Shown here in pieces: positions 1-9,948 of a DNA stretch of 64,000 nucleotides. Below the pieces are notes generated by a model, which worked only from the letters and a program-made list of their open reading frames with translations, was not told the origin of the DNA and made no database searches. The stretch is from an uncultured delta proteobacterium (lineage in GTDB: Bacteria; Desulfobacterota; Binatia; UBA9968), in contig CAWJBB010000066.1 in assembly GCA_963840855.1 (NCBI GenBank), positions 1 to 64,000 on the forward strand, given 5' to 3'. The position numbers and the translations under genes were made by a program. Position 1 is the first letter of the stretch. Each line of letters starts with the position of its first letter.

Positions 1-2052
1 TCAACTTCCCGAACAATGAATCGTAATCTCGTGCAGCGTGCCGATCTCGAAGCGGTCGCCGGGCCAGACGAGCGTCGTCGAGCCGTACTCTTCAATCACC
101 GCGGGCCCCGTGGCGCTGAATCCCGGCTCGAGGGCATCGCGATGAAAAATTTGCCCGTCCAACCAGCCGCCGGCATTGCCGATATATATCTTGCGCAACT
201 GCGCGGGCTGTGAGTTCGCGGCCGCGCGCGGCAGGCGCGCAATCTCGGGTTGCTTCAGCCGCGCGAAAGCGGACAGATGCAGCGCTTGAAATTCCGCCGG
301 GGCCTTGGCATCGGCATGCCCGTAGCGGCGCTTGTAATCGCGCTCGAACGCAGCGCGGATTTGCGCCGCCTCCTTCAGCCCCGAGACCGGAACTTTGATA
401 TTGTGCCGCTGGCCGCGATAGCGCATCTCCGCATGGCGCTCGAAGAACACGTCACTAGTCGCGAACTCCGCGGCGAGCGCGCCGGCGGATGATTCCTCCA
501 TGGCCGCGAATATCTCCGCCGTCGCGGGGACGGTTTTTTCACTGAGAACCCCGACGAATGTTTTCGAGGTATCGATGCGCGCGTCGGCCAAAAGCATGCC
601 GATGGCTGAAAAATTGCCGGGCTCCGGCGGGATGACAATGGTTGGAATCGACAGTTCATGCGCCAGGGCGCAGGAGTGCAGCGGTCCGCCGCCGCCGTAG
701 CTGAAAAGAATAAAGTCGCGCGGATCAAGTCCATGTTCGACGGAAATCTTCCGGATCGCGCCGGCCATGATCACCGTCGCGATGGAAATAATCCCGTCGG
801 CCATCTGAATCATGCCATCTTCTCCACGGTAGCCCAGAGGATCAGCGATGCGCTGCTTGACGGAACGCTGAGCGGCGCTCACATCGAGCTTCATTTCGCC
901 GCCGAGAAAATTTCCGGCATTGAGACGGCCCAGAACCAGGTTGGCGTCGGTCACCGTCGGCTCCGTCCCGCCGCGGCCATAGGCGACGGGACCCGGGGTC
1001 GACCCGGCGCTTTGTGGACCGACGTGAAGGCGCTTTTGCGGATCGAGCCAGGCGATTGACCCGCCACCGGAGCCCACTTCGACGACGTCGATAACCGCCG
1101 ACTTGATAGGAAAGCCTTTGATATAGCCGTTGGCGTAATAAACGGAATTCACCGAGAACCGGCCGTTTTCAACCAAGGAGCATTTTGCCGTCGTACCGCC
1201 CATGTCGAAGGCGACGACGTTTTTAAAACCAAGCTTGTCGGCATAGGCGCCGGCGCCGATGCAGCCACCGATGGGACCGGACTCGACCAGACCAATGGGC
1301 TGGCGGCAAGTCCGCTCGGCGGACAACAAGCCGCCGTTGGAACCCATCATGAACAGCGATCCGCCGAAGCCTCGCGCGGTGAGATCGCTGTCGAGCTGCC
1401 GAATATACGTGCTCACCTGCGGCCCAACGTAGGCGTTGGCCGCAACCGTGGAACAGCGCTCGTACTCGTACCACTCGCGCGTGAGATCGGTGCTGAACGT
1501 TACGTACACGTCGGGCAGCAATTCGGTCAGAATCTTTGCCGCGGCTTCTTCATGGTCCGGGTTGATATAAGAATTCATGAAAAATACCGCCACGGACTCG
1601 ATGCCGATTTTTCTGATCTCCCCGGCAAGCTTTTCTAGCGACGGTAAATCCAACGGCACAACCACTTCGCCCTTGCTGCCCATGCGCTCCGGCACTTCGA
1701 AGCGCAGCTCGCGCGGGATCAATGGCTCGTCACGCTGGTAGTACAGGTCAAACGGATCGGGGCGATTGCCGCGGGCTATTTCCAAAATATCGCGGAATCC
1801 TTTGCTTGTAACCAGGGCGGTCTTGGCGCCCTTGCGCTGAATCAGGGAATTGATGACCAAGGTCGTGCCGTGATTGACCAGGGACGCCTCGGCTGGTTTG
1901 ATCTTGGCTTTTTTAAAACAGTCGAGGATTCCGTCCACCAGGTTCTCGTAAGTCGTGGGACTCTTGGCATAAATGACATTCTGCGTTTCGTGATCGAAGG
2001 CGACGAGATCGGTAAACGTGCCGCCGATATCGACGGCGATGGCGTAACTCAT
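1..2052 (-). CDS. hyuA: Hydantoinase/oxoprolinase subunit A (N-methylhydantoinase A family)
   Basis: DIGGTFTD, HGTT, ESGP, DMGGTT, GPQSAGSTPGP and PTVTDANLVLG motifs; ATG at 2052, since the upstream in-frame extension is repeat DNA. Confidence 0.9.
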   Translation of the reverse strand: MSYAIAVDIGGTFTDLVAFDHETQNVIYAKSPTTYENLVDGILDCFKKAKIKPAEASLVNHGTTLVINSLIQRKGAKTALVTSKGFRDILEIARGNRPDPFDLYYQRDEPLIPRELRFEVPERMGSKGEVVVPLDLPSLEKLAGEIRKIGIESVAVFFMNSYINPDHEEAAAKILTELLPDVYVTFSTDLTREWYEYERCSTVAANAYVGPQVSTYIRQLDSDLTARGFGGSLFMMGSNGGLLSAERTCRQPIGLVESGPIGGCIGAGAYADKLGFKNVVAFDMGGTTAKCSLVENGRFSVNSVYYANGYIKGFPIKSAVIDVVEVGSGGGSIAWLDPQKRLHVGPQSAGSTPGPVAYGRGGTEPTVTDANLVLGRLNAGNFLGGEMKLDVSAAQRSVKQRIADPLGYRGEDGMIQMADGIISIATVIMAGAIRKISVEHGLDPRDFILFSYGGGGPLHSCALAHELSIPTIVIPPEPGNFSAIGMLLADARIDTSKTFVGVLSEKTVPATAEIFAAMEESSAGALAAEFATSDVFFERHAEMRYRGQRHNIKVPVSGLKEAAQIRAAFERDYKRRYGHADAKAPAEFQALHLSAFARLKQPEIARLPRAAANSQPAQLRKIYIGNAGGWLDGQIFHRDALEPGFSATGPAVIEEYGSTTLVWPGDRFEIGTLHEITIHCSGS

Positions 2053-2063
2053 GTAGAATTCCA

Positions 2064-2156
2064 GTTCAAAGTTCAAGGTTCAACGTTCAAAGTTCAAATT
2101 CCGAAGTTTCGACAGCTATTCCGAAACCTTGAACTTTGAACATTGAGCGCTTGAAC
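2064..2156. repeat. Inverted heptamer array: (GTTCAAN)x5, spacer, (TTGAACN)x4
   Basis: Read directly between the hyuB stop and the hyuA start. Confidence 0.9.
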
Positions 2157-2158
2157 AA

Positions 2159-3907
2159 TTAAAGGCGCCGGGCCTTGCCATCGGCATCGATCACGACTCC
2201 GTAATCGTCGCGGGCGCTTTCGCGCGAGACGAAGCCACGGACGACATCGCGCGCGACCAGTTCGACCGGGCGCTGTTTCGGATCGCCGTAGCCGCCCCCG
2301 CCGCCGGTCGACATGCGCACGCGGTCGCCGGCTTGCAATGGACAATTTTCAGTCTTGTAAATCAGCTCGGGTGCCGACGTCCCGTTCTTGAAGACCAGCA
2401 CCTGGCCCGACTTCCCGGCCTTGGCGCCCTGAACTCCCCAGGGCGGGCAACCGATGCGATCGAAGTTCACCCACAACTCGCAGGGCGCGAGCAGGGTATA
2501 CTGTTTGTCGAATCCCAATCCGCCGCGCCACTTTCCCGGCCCGCCGGAATCTTGCCGCAAGCGGAATTCTTCCACGCGGTATGGATACATCGACTCTTGC
2601 AGCTCGATGGGAATGAGCCGCGTGTCGCCATGCGCCATGGTGCGAAACGGGCCGGCGCCATCATGCGTCGCGCAGGCGCCCCAACCGCCGTGGCCGCTAT
2701 CGTTGGCTTTAAACACCGCGCCGGTGTCCATGCGTTTGCCTGCGAAACTTAAGGACGAAAAGGTTCCGAAGTGGGCGCCGGTGACGCGCTGCGGCAACGC
2801 CGGCTCAAGCGCTTTAATGATGCAATCGATGACCGTGGGAAACGGAATGCTGTAAAGCCCCATGGCCGCGGTGGGCTCGGCGCTGAGCAGTTTGCCTTCC
2901 GGCAGAATCATCGTGAGCGGCCGGAAAGTTCCTTCGTTGGCCGGCTCCTCCGTGGCGATCAAATATTTAAAAGCCACCCGCGCCGTGGTGCGGCCGCCGC
3001 CATAGAAGCCGGAGTTAATGCAGCCGCGCACCTGCGGCGACATCTCGGAGTAATCGATGGTCATTTCATCGCCGGCAACAATAACCTTTACTTTGATCGG
3101 AATCTTTTCATCGCGCACGCCGTCGTTGTCCAGAAACGCTTCATGCTGATAGACGCCATCGGGAATCGCGCGAATCTTCTCGCGCGTCGCTGCTTCGCAT
3201 TGATCCAGAATGGCCGCCAGAGCGCCGAAAAACACTTTCGCGCCGTATTTATCCGCCATGATTTGCGTCAGGTCGCGTCCCAAGAGGCAGCCGCCCAGCT
3301 GGGCTTCGATGTCGCCGAGAAGTTCCAGCGGAAAACGCGTGTTGTTTTCGATGATGCGATAAACTTCCCCGATGGGCTCGCCCTTGGACCACAGCTTGAT
3401 CGAGCGCAGCTGCAGGCCTTCCATGAAGATATCCGTGGAAGAGTAAGACACCGAACCGATGGCCGAGCCGCCGATGTCGATCCAGTGACAGTTGACGGCG
3501 AAAAAGCCGATCAGATCAGCACCCTTGGAGCCCGCGAACACCGGCGTGTACATGACCGTGTTATTGAGATGTTGGCCCTGGACCGCAGCGTGATTGCACA
3601 GGACCACATCTCCCTTGTGAAGATTCTCGCGGCCATAGACTTCCAGGCCGTCCCTGACCGCCATACCGACGGAGTCGGCGACGAACACCGGCATGCCGCC
3701 CGTGGATTGCGCCAGCAATTCACCCTCGGCGCTGACGAATCCGACGGCATAGTCTTTGTATTCGTAGATGTACGGGCTGAACGCCGTGCGCGTCATATTG
3801 GCATCGATCTGGTCGCAGATGGAAATGATGCCGTGGCGGATCACTTCCAAAGTGATCGGGTCAATGGTGCCCTGTGAAGGTACCGACTGGCCTGCTGTTG
3901 TGCTCAT
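2159..3907 (-). CDS. hyuB: Hydantoinase B/oxoprolinase subunit B
   Basis: DPITLEVI, RTAFSPYIYE, HLNN, HWIDIGG, EGLQL, DSGGPGKWRGG and GGGGGYGDP motifs. Confidence 0.9.
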   Translation of the reverse strand: MSTTAGQSVPSQGTIDPITLEVIRHGIISICDQIDANMTRTAFSPYIYEYKDYAVGFVSAEGELLAQSTGGMPVFVADSVGMAVRDGLEVYGRENLHKGDVVLCNHAAVQGQHLNNTVMYTPVFAGSKGADLIGFFAVNCHWIDIGGSAIGSVSYSSTDIFMEGLQLRSIKLWSKGEPIGEVYRIIENNTRFPLELLGDIEAQLGGCLLGRDLTQIMADKYGAKVFFGALAAILDQCEAATREKIRAIPDGVYQHEAFLDNDGVRDEKIPIKVKVIVAGDEMTIDYSEMSPQVRGCINSGFYGGGRTTARVAFKYLIATEEPANEGTFRPLTMILPEGKLLSAEPTAAMGLYSIPFPTVIDCIIKALEPALPQRVTGAHFGTFSSLSFAGKRMDTGAVFKANDSGHGGWGACATHDGAGPFRTMAHGDTRLIPIELQESMYPYRVEEFRLRQDSGGPGKWRGGLGFDKQYTLLAPCELWVNFDRIGCPPWGVQGAKAGKSGQVLVFKNGTSAPELIYKTENCPLQAGDRVRMSTGGGGGYGDPKQRPVELVARDVVRGFVSRESARDDYGVVIDADGKARRL

Positions 3908-3993
3908 TTTTGAATCCTGTCCCGACTTTGAAGAAAAATCATACTCATCGGGATATTTCAAACGCCAGTTCGAAAGCGCCGGCAAACGATAGC

Positions 3994-4021
3994 TTGACAC
4001 CCATTAAAGGTCCGGTATAGA
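3994..4021 (+). promoter_or_regulatory. Sigma70-like promoter of the ABC SBP/permease genes
   Basis: TTGACA-16 nt-TATAGA, about 80 nt upstream of ATG 4100. Confidence 0.5.
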
Positions 4022-4099
4022 CCACAAAAGACTTCTTTGCAGTTAGTGCCCGCAACAACGGTATTCGCGAATAGAAAGCGAACCCAGTCAGGAGTCACT

Positions 4100-5188
4100 A
4101 TGAAATTATCATTTATATTCATTTTCGTCGCGTTCGTCCTGCACTATCCTTTTGCCGGGGTGCTGCCCGCCGCGCAGCAGCAGTGGTCACCCGCCCTTTC
4201 CACCGTGATTCAGGACGCCAACAAAGAAGGTAAACTCAGGTTAAGTTGGGGTGAGGGCACCATGGGCGGCACTAAACGCATGGGACTGTACGAACAAATG
4301 ATGAACAAAATGTTCGGCACCAACATTAAAATTGGCTTCACACCAGGACCCTCAATGCCGAGTATGGGAAGTCAAATCGCCACCGAGCTAGCGGCCGGCC
4401 AACCGGCGGCCAGCGACGTTTACATCGCCGCCGAAAGCTACCTCGTGCCTTTGGTCAGACGGAAAATATTTCACGAAGTCGACTGGCCGAAGCTATTGCC
4501 GGGCCGCATCACCAAAGAAATGGTCGAAGGCGACGGCCAGAGCTTGCGGGTTTATTCGGGACTGCCGGGAGCCCCCTATAACACCAAACGGGTGCCGAAA
4601 GACGAGGCGCCCAAGAGTCTTAAAGATTTCTTGAAGCCCTTTTGGAAAGGCAAAATCGCTTCCACGCCCTACGTGACAGGCCTGAACCTTCTCGCTGCAA
4701 AGGAACTGTGGGGGCGTGAAGCGGCGCTGGATTACATCAGGCAGTTTTCCAAACAGGTATCTGGCCTGATTCGCTGCAACGAGATGGAGCGGGTCGTCAC
4801 AGGCGAGTTTTTGTCGCTGGTGATGGATTGCAACGGCGCCAGTACCTTCGAGCTGCAAGCTCAAGGCGCGCCGCTGGAGCACCTGATTCCGTCCGACGCC
4901 GCGATGATCCGGCATTTTTTTGTGAATATCCCCAAAAACGCGGAGAATCCCAACGCCGCCAAGCTCTACACTACGTTCCTGCTCACCAAGGAGGCGCAGA
5001 AACTGCTCTGGGAAAGCGACTTCTCGGACCTCTATTTTTTCCCGGAGTCGCAGATCGGGCAGAAGGTCAGAGCGCTCCAGAAAAGCGGAGTGAAGTTTTT
5101 CGTGCCGACGCTTGAGTGGGTGGCCAACAACCCTGAAATTGAAAAAGCTGCGCAAGAGATGGTGAAAATCATGACCCAGAAGCAGTAG
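4100..5188 (+). CDS. ABC transporter extracellular solute-binding protein (Fe3+/thiamine/polyamine-like family)
   Basis: Signal peptide, A..EGKL N-terminus, P.WKGKIA and A.NPNAAKL motifs; GGAG RBS. Confidence 0.8.
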   Translation: MKLSFIFIFVAFVLHYPFAGVLPAAQQQWSPALSTVIQDANKEGKLRLSWGEGTMGGTKRMGLYEQMMNKMFGTNIKIGFTPGPSMPSMGSQIATELAAGQPAASDVYIAAESYLVPLVRRKIFHEVDWPKLLPGRITKEMVEGDGQSLRVYSGLPGAPYNTKRVPKDEAPKSLKDFLKPFWKGKIASTPYVTGLNLLAAKELWGREAALDYIRQFSKQVSGLIRCNEMERVVTGEFLSLVMDCNGASTFELQAQGAPLEHLIPSDAAMIRHFFVNIPKNAENPNAAKLYTTFLLTKEAQKLLWESDFSDLYFFPESQIGQKVRALQKSGVKFFVPTLEWVANNPEIEKAAQEMVKIMTQKQ

Positions 5189-5275
5189 CGATTGTCGCGA
5201 CGCCTGCGGGCAGACGATTCGGTGCGGACGAGGGGAGACTATGGTGTGAGGCAGAGGATTTAGAGTGTTTTTCTG

Positions 5276-7063
5276 ATGTCAAAGACAGCAATCCCTTCAT
5301 CCAGTTTCGCTAAAGTACGCCTCTATCTGCACCGAACATCAATCATCGACTGGGGTTCGGTGGATCCTTGGTCGGCGCTCATGGTCGGCATCGCGAGCAT
5401 TTTTAGTCTTCTCATTCTCGCGCCGCTCCTGGTTATTTTCTGGCTGAGCTTTTTCGAGGGCTCGCTGCTCGATCCCGTTGCCGGTTACTCGCTTAAAAAT
5501 TACACGGCGGTGTTCGCCGACTCGTTTACCTATCGAATCTTGTGGAACACCGCGGAATTTTCTCTCATCTCCCTTGCGGTCGCATTCTTGTTCGGCCTTC
5601 CTACCGCGTGGTTAGTGGAGCGAACGGATTTTCCCGGCAAAACCATTCTTCTGACGCTCATGACCATCGGCTTGCTGATTCCGGGGTTTGCCGTCGCCAT
5701 GGGCTGGCTGTTCCTGCTCCATCCGAGGATCGGGCTCGTCAATCAATTCTTGCAGGATATGTTCGCGCTTCAGGATGCGCCGTTGAGCATAACGACGGTC
5801 GCCGGTATGGGTTGGGTTCAGGGCCTTAACCTGACGCCGGTGGCCTTCATCATGACCGCGAGCGCGTTTCGGGCCATGGACCCCAAGCTCGAGGAGGCGG
5901 CGGAAACCAGCGGCGCGAGCACGGCTCGGATGCTTTTCACCGTGACGATTCCATTGATTTGGCCGGGGGTGCTGGCGGCGGGGATTTATATTTTTACCGT
6001 CGGGCTTTCTGCCTTCGACGTGCCGGCGATCATCGGCTGGTCGAACCGGATTTTTACCTTCAGCACCTACATGTACCTGTTGGTGAGCCCGCAGGAAGGG
6101 CTGCCGCGCTACGGCGCCGGCGCGACGTTCAGCATCGTCGGCATCATCTTGGCGGCGGCGCTGGCCTGGTGGTACGCGCGTGTGCAGAAACGCAGCCACC
6201 AGTATGAAGTGATCACCGGCAAAGCGTACCAACCGAAGACCGTCAAGCTCGGCCGCCGGGCGATTATCGCCTGGCTCTTCGTCGGTGCCTATCTGGTTTT
6301 GAGCAAACTGATCCCGTTGGCGATGCTGATTTGGGCGTCACTGTTGAAATATTTCGAAATGCCGTCCCTCGAGGCGTTCGGGCGCGTTTCGTTGCAGAAC
6401 TACTCTTCGCTGCCTTGGGAACTGATTCTTCGGGGCGCGAGCAATACATCGATCCTGATGTTGCTCACTCCGACCCTCACGATTCTCGCCAGTCTCGTAT
6501 TCGCCTGGGTGGTGCTGCGTTCGAAGATCCGCTTGAGATTTCTCTTCGACTTCTTCGCTTTCTTGCCCCACGCCGTGCCCAATACGGTCTTCGCCATCGG
6601 CGCGGTATTGCTGGCGTTGTTCGTGCTGCGCGGATTCATTCCGCTCTACGGCACGCTCTCGCTGCTGCTCTTGCTATACATCGTCGTGCGCCTGAGCTAT
6701 GGAACGCGCATGATGAACAGCTCGCTGATTCAGATTCATCGTGAGTTGGAAGAAGCGGCCTACGTGGCCGGCGCCAGCACGCGCAACGTCGTGCAACGCA
6801 TCCTCGTGCCGATTCTCATGCCGCCTATTTTGTACGGCTGGTTGTGGATCGCGCTGATGACCTATCGTGAATTGACCCTTGCCGTGCTGCTGTCGCGGGC
6901 CGAAAACATGACGCTGCCGGTGGTGGTCTGGAGTATTTGGCTAAACGGCGGTTTTAGCCAGGCCGCGGCGCTGACGGTCATCATGCTGGGCGCCTTGACC
7001 CCCATCATCGCCCTCTACTGGATCGTCGCCCGCCGTTCAGGCATCACCACCCGCGCGATGTAG
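5276..7063 (+). CDS. ABC permease, FbpB/ThiP-like with two permease halves
   Basis: About 12 TM helices; two EAA loops (LEEAAETSGAS, LEEAAYVAGAS). Confidence 0.88.
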   Translation: MSKTAIPSSSFAKVRLYLHRTSIIDWGSVDPWSALMVGIASIFSLLILAPLLVIFWLSFFEGSLLDPVAGYSLKNYTAVFADSFTYRILWNTAEFSLISLAVAFLFGLPTAWLVERTDFPGKTILLTLMTIGLLIPGFAVAMGWLFLLHPRIGLVNQFLQDMFALQDAPLSITTVAGMGWVQGLNLTPVAFIMTASAFRAMDPKLEEAAETSGASTARMLFTVTIPLIWPGVLAAGIYIFTVGLSAFDVPAIIGWSNRIFTFSTYMYLLVSPQEGLPRYGAGATFSIVGIILAAALAWWYARVQKRSHQYEVITGKAYQPKTVKLGRRAIIAWLFVGAYLVLSKLIPLAMLIWASLLKYFEMPSLEAFGRVSLQNYSSLPWELILRGASNTSILMLLTPTLTILASLVFAWVVLRSKIRLRFLFDFFAFLPHAVPNTVFAIGAVLLALFVLRGFIPLYGTLSLLLLLYIVVRLSYGTRMMNSSLIQIHRELEEAAYVAGASTRNVVQRILVPILMPPILYGWLWIALMTYRELTLAVLLSRAENMTLPVVVWSIWLNGGFSQAAALTVIMLGALTPIIALYWIVARRSGITTRAM

Positions 7064-7089
7064 TGTATGTTTACGACTTGGGAGCAACC

Positions 7090-8271
7090 ATGATCAGTTG
7101 GACACTGAAACAAAGTGAAGAATGCTTCGACCGTTCGAGAAGCCTCACGGCAGGCTTCCTCGACGGCCTTCAGTTCCGAGCCCGTCGAGGAATCAGCATG
7201 AACGGAATTGGTTCAATCATTTCAATCTCTGCTCCGTTCGTCCTGAGCCTGTCGAAGGACTCCGGGAGAGTAGTACAGGAATCTACTCGGCGGCGTCAGT
7301 ACCTACAATTGACGATCATGTTGTCTATGCTCTTGTTCTTGGCGGTTAGCGGATTCGCCCAGGAGCGGCGCGGCAAGCTAAGAATTTCCAACGCTGGTTT
7401 CACAATCACGGCGTTGCCGCTATTGGCCGCCAAAGAGTGGGGCACGTTTACCGCCAATGGCCTGGACATGGAGGTCATCCTCATGCAGTCCGCGTTGGTG
7501 CCAGCGGCCCTGACCCAAGGGGATATCGACTATCAGGCGGGCGTTGGCCCTGCTTCGGTCAACGCGACCTTGAGCGGATTTTCCACCAGAGCCATCTGGT
7601 TTTCGTCCGATAAAATCTCTTACTGGCTGATGGCGAAGCCACAATTTAAGACCCTCGACAGCCTGAAATCCAGGAAAGTCGCTATCACCGGACTTGGCGG
7701 CACCGTTCATGTCGCTTTCAATTTGGCGCTCGAGAAACTCGGCGTGAATCCCAAGGATTTTGTTCTCGTGTCGATCGGCGGGCAACAAATACAACAACTC
7801 ATCTCGTTAGAATCGGGATATGTCGATGCGGCGCTTCTTTCCCCGCCGGTGACCTTCGGTGCCCAGAAAAAGGGATTCAACAAGCTCCTTGACGTTGGCG
7901 CGATGGTTGACATGCCTGGCGGCGGCTTGACTGCGCTGGCGAAAACGATTCAGGATCGGCCCGGCGATACTAAACGGGTAATTCGCTCATTGCAGCTTGC
8001 CAAAGACGAGATTAAGAAATCCAAACCAAAGACCCTTGACCTGGTCGTCAAGCTACTCAAGATGGACAGAGAGGCGGCGAGCGAAACCTACGATCAGTTT
8101 CTCACCACACTTAGCCCGACCGGCATTCCCAGCCGCATCGGTATGGAGATATTGGTCAAGTCCGTGCAATCGCAAGGCCGCCACGTCGACCGCAAAGTGG
8201 CCTTCACTGACATTGCCGACGACCGGCTCGCTACGGAAGTCGCGAAAGAGTTGGGTTATAAATTGCCGTAG
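7090..8271 (+). CDS. ABC substrate-binding protein, NMT1/SsuA-like; N-terminus overlaps a REP-like element
   Basis: LPLLAAKEWGTF..NGLD, ALTQGDID and LKSRKVAITGLGG motifs; GGAG RBS before ATG 7090 (alternative start 7318). Confidence 0.8.
   Translation: MISWTLKQSEECFDRSRSLTAGFLDGLQFRARRGISMNGIGSIISISAPFVLSLSKDSGRVVQESTRRRQYLQLTIMLSMLLFLAVSGFAQERRGKLRISNAGFTITALPLLAAKEWGTFTANGLDMEVILMQSALVPAALTQGDIDYQAGVGPASVNATLSGFSTRAIWFSSDKISYWLMAKPQFKTLDSLKSRKVAITGLGGTVHVAFNLALEKLGVNPKDFVLVSIGGQQIQQLISLESGYVDAALLSPPVTFGAQKKGFNKLLDVGAMVDMPGGGLTALAKTIQDRPGDTKRVIRSLQLAKDEIKKSKPKTLDLVVKLLKMDREAASETYDQFLTTLSPTGIPSRIGMEILVKSVQSQGRHVDRKVAFTDIADDRLATEVAKELGYKLP
7125..7259. repeat. REP-like palindromic element (CTTCGACAGGCTCAG / CTGAGCCTGTCGAAG type) with nested inserts
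   Basis: Right arm TCCGTTCGTCCTGAGCCTGTCGAAG; left arm CTTCGAC..AGGC..TCAGCATGAACGGA is interrupted twice. Confidence 0.75.
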
Positions 8272-8292
8272 GAGCAACTCTGTGTTTGGCTT

Positions 8293-8382
8293 GTTCAAGA
8301 CGTTCAAACTGTTCAAAACGTTCAAGCCGTCAAAAAATCCGGAATCGATTTGAACGACTTGAACGGCTTGAACTTTTTGAAC
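8293..8382. repeat. Inverted nonamer array: (GTTCAANNN)x4, spacer, (TTGAACNNN)x4
   Basis: GTTCAA at 8293/8302/8311/8320; TTGAAC at 8350/8359/8368/8377. Confidence 0.9.
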
Positions 8383-8405
8383 AGTAAGCTATTACGCGCA
8401 TAGCT

Positions 8406-9810
8406 ATGGATACAATAAATTCGGACGTTGTAGTTATTGGCGCCGGACTGGCGGGCTTCACCGCGGCTGTGTGCGCCGCCGAGGCTGGCGCCAGTGTCCT
8501 TTTAATTGACAAGAGCGCAGGCGAATTCGGCGACGGCAATGTTCTGATGGCGTCGGGCAGCCTGCGCGCCGGCGGCAAGAGCCCGAAGACGAACCCCGAT
8601 GAGCTTTATGATTTCGTCATGTCCGAAGGCGTAGGACTATCCGGACTTGGTCAGAGCTTGGGCGAATACTTGCGGAAGAGCGGTCGATTGGTTGACCAGT
8701 GCCGGCGTAAAGCTCGTCGAGACCGGCCCCGGAAGAATCTGGTTGGATCAAAAGAGCGAAATCTCCCTCGCTCCCGTTTATAAGAAAGACGTCGGCACCC
8801 GCGCGGTGGCGACGCTAAAAGCGCGCTTTGAGCGGCTCGGCGGGCGTTACATGAATAGCATCGAAGGCGTGTCCCTGATTCGTGAAAACGGCGCCGTTCA
8901 CGGAATCATCGGCAAGCAAAATGGCGAAACGCTAGAATTGCGCGCGCGGGCGACGATCTTATCCACCGGCGGCTTCAGCGCGAACGAGGAAATGGTCCGG
9001 CGCTATATCGGACCCAAAGCCGACCGGTGTAAACTGCGCGGTTCACGACAAGACACCGGCGATGGGCTGCGCATGGCTCTGGAAGCCGGCGCCAAAGCGG
9101 TCAATCTGCAATACTTTTATGGCCATCTGATTGCGCGCAAAGCTTTGGTGGATGATCGCTTTTGGCCCTATCCAAGATTGGATTCATTTGTCGATGAGGG
9201 CATTTTGATCGATCGCCACGGCCGTCGCTTCGTCGACGAGGGCCGCGGCGACGTGGCCGTTGCCAATGAATTGGCGTGCTCGGATGATCCTACGGGCGCG
9301 ACTTTGATCTTCGATTATGAATCCTGGGAAGCTTCGAAGCACAGCCCTTCTTCCACTTCACCGATGATACCCGCGCCCAATCCATGGCTCAGCGACAACG
9401 GCGGCGAAATTTTCCTTCACGAAACAATCGCCGGGCTCGCCGCGGCGCTCGGCGTGGACGCGCAAAACTTGACCGTCACATTGGAACAATACAATCGCGC
9501 CGTTGAATCGAATCAGCCCGGTTTACTAGCCGTGCCGCGCACCGGAAAACCCAAGCCGCTCCGCGCGCCATTCTATGGGTTAAAAGTCGTATCCGGTATC
9601 ACCTTTACGATGGGCGGTGTTTTAATCGATGGCCGCGGCGAGGTATTGGACGCGGCTGAAAATCCGATCCTCGGTCTCTACGCCGCCGGCGACGCCATCG
9701 GCGGGCTCATGGGTGGTTATCGCGGCGGCTACACCGGTGGCTTGATGCAAGCAGTGGTTACGGGGATTCTAGCGGGTGAAAACGCCGCCAGCCACGTAAG
9801 AATTAATTAA
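8406..9810 (+). CDS. FAD-dependent oxidoreductase (FAD_binding_2, flavocytochrome c/TcuA-like); frameshift near 8637
   Basis: VIGAGLAG in the first ORF; STGGF, DTGDG, TFTMGG and GLYAAG in the second; removing one base restores GYPDLVRAW. Confidence 0.8.
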
Positions 9811-9839
9811 CCACAAAGCACACAAAGAAAAGGGGATTG

Positions 9840-9916
9840 ACCACGAAGGCACGAAGTTCACGAAGTTTAAGAGAATAAATATCCGAAACCTTCGTGTCCT
9901 TCGTGGCTTCGTGGTG
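9840..9916. repeat. Inverted array: (CACGAAG)x3, spacer, (CTTCGTG)x3; preceded by two CACAAAG variants
   Basis: Read directly between two convergent genes. Confidence 0.88.
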
Positions 9917-9948
9917 AGACCGTTTCTCTTGTGACTTGACCGATTCTT

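Noticed and set aside
2064-2156. Heptamer arrays as CRISPR repeats
   Set aside because: Units are 7-9 nt, inverted rather than direct, with no regular spacers and no cas genes
2771-3877. Long antisense ORFs (also 16025-16798, 38188-39066, 42198-43025)
   Set aside because: Shadow frames of well-supported genes in GC-rich DNA, with no motifs
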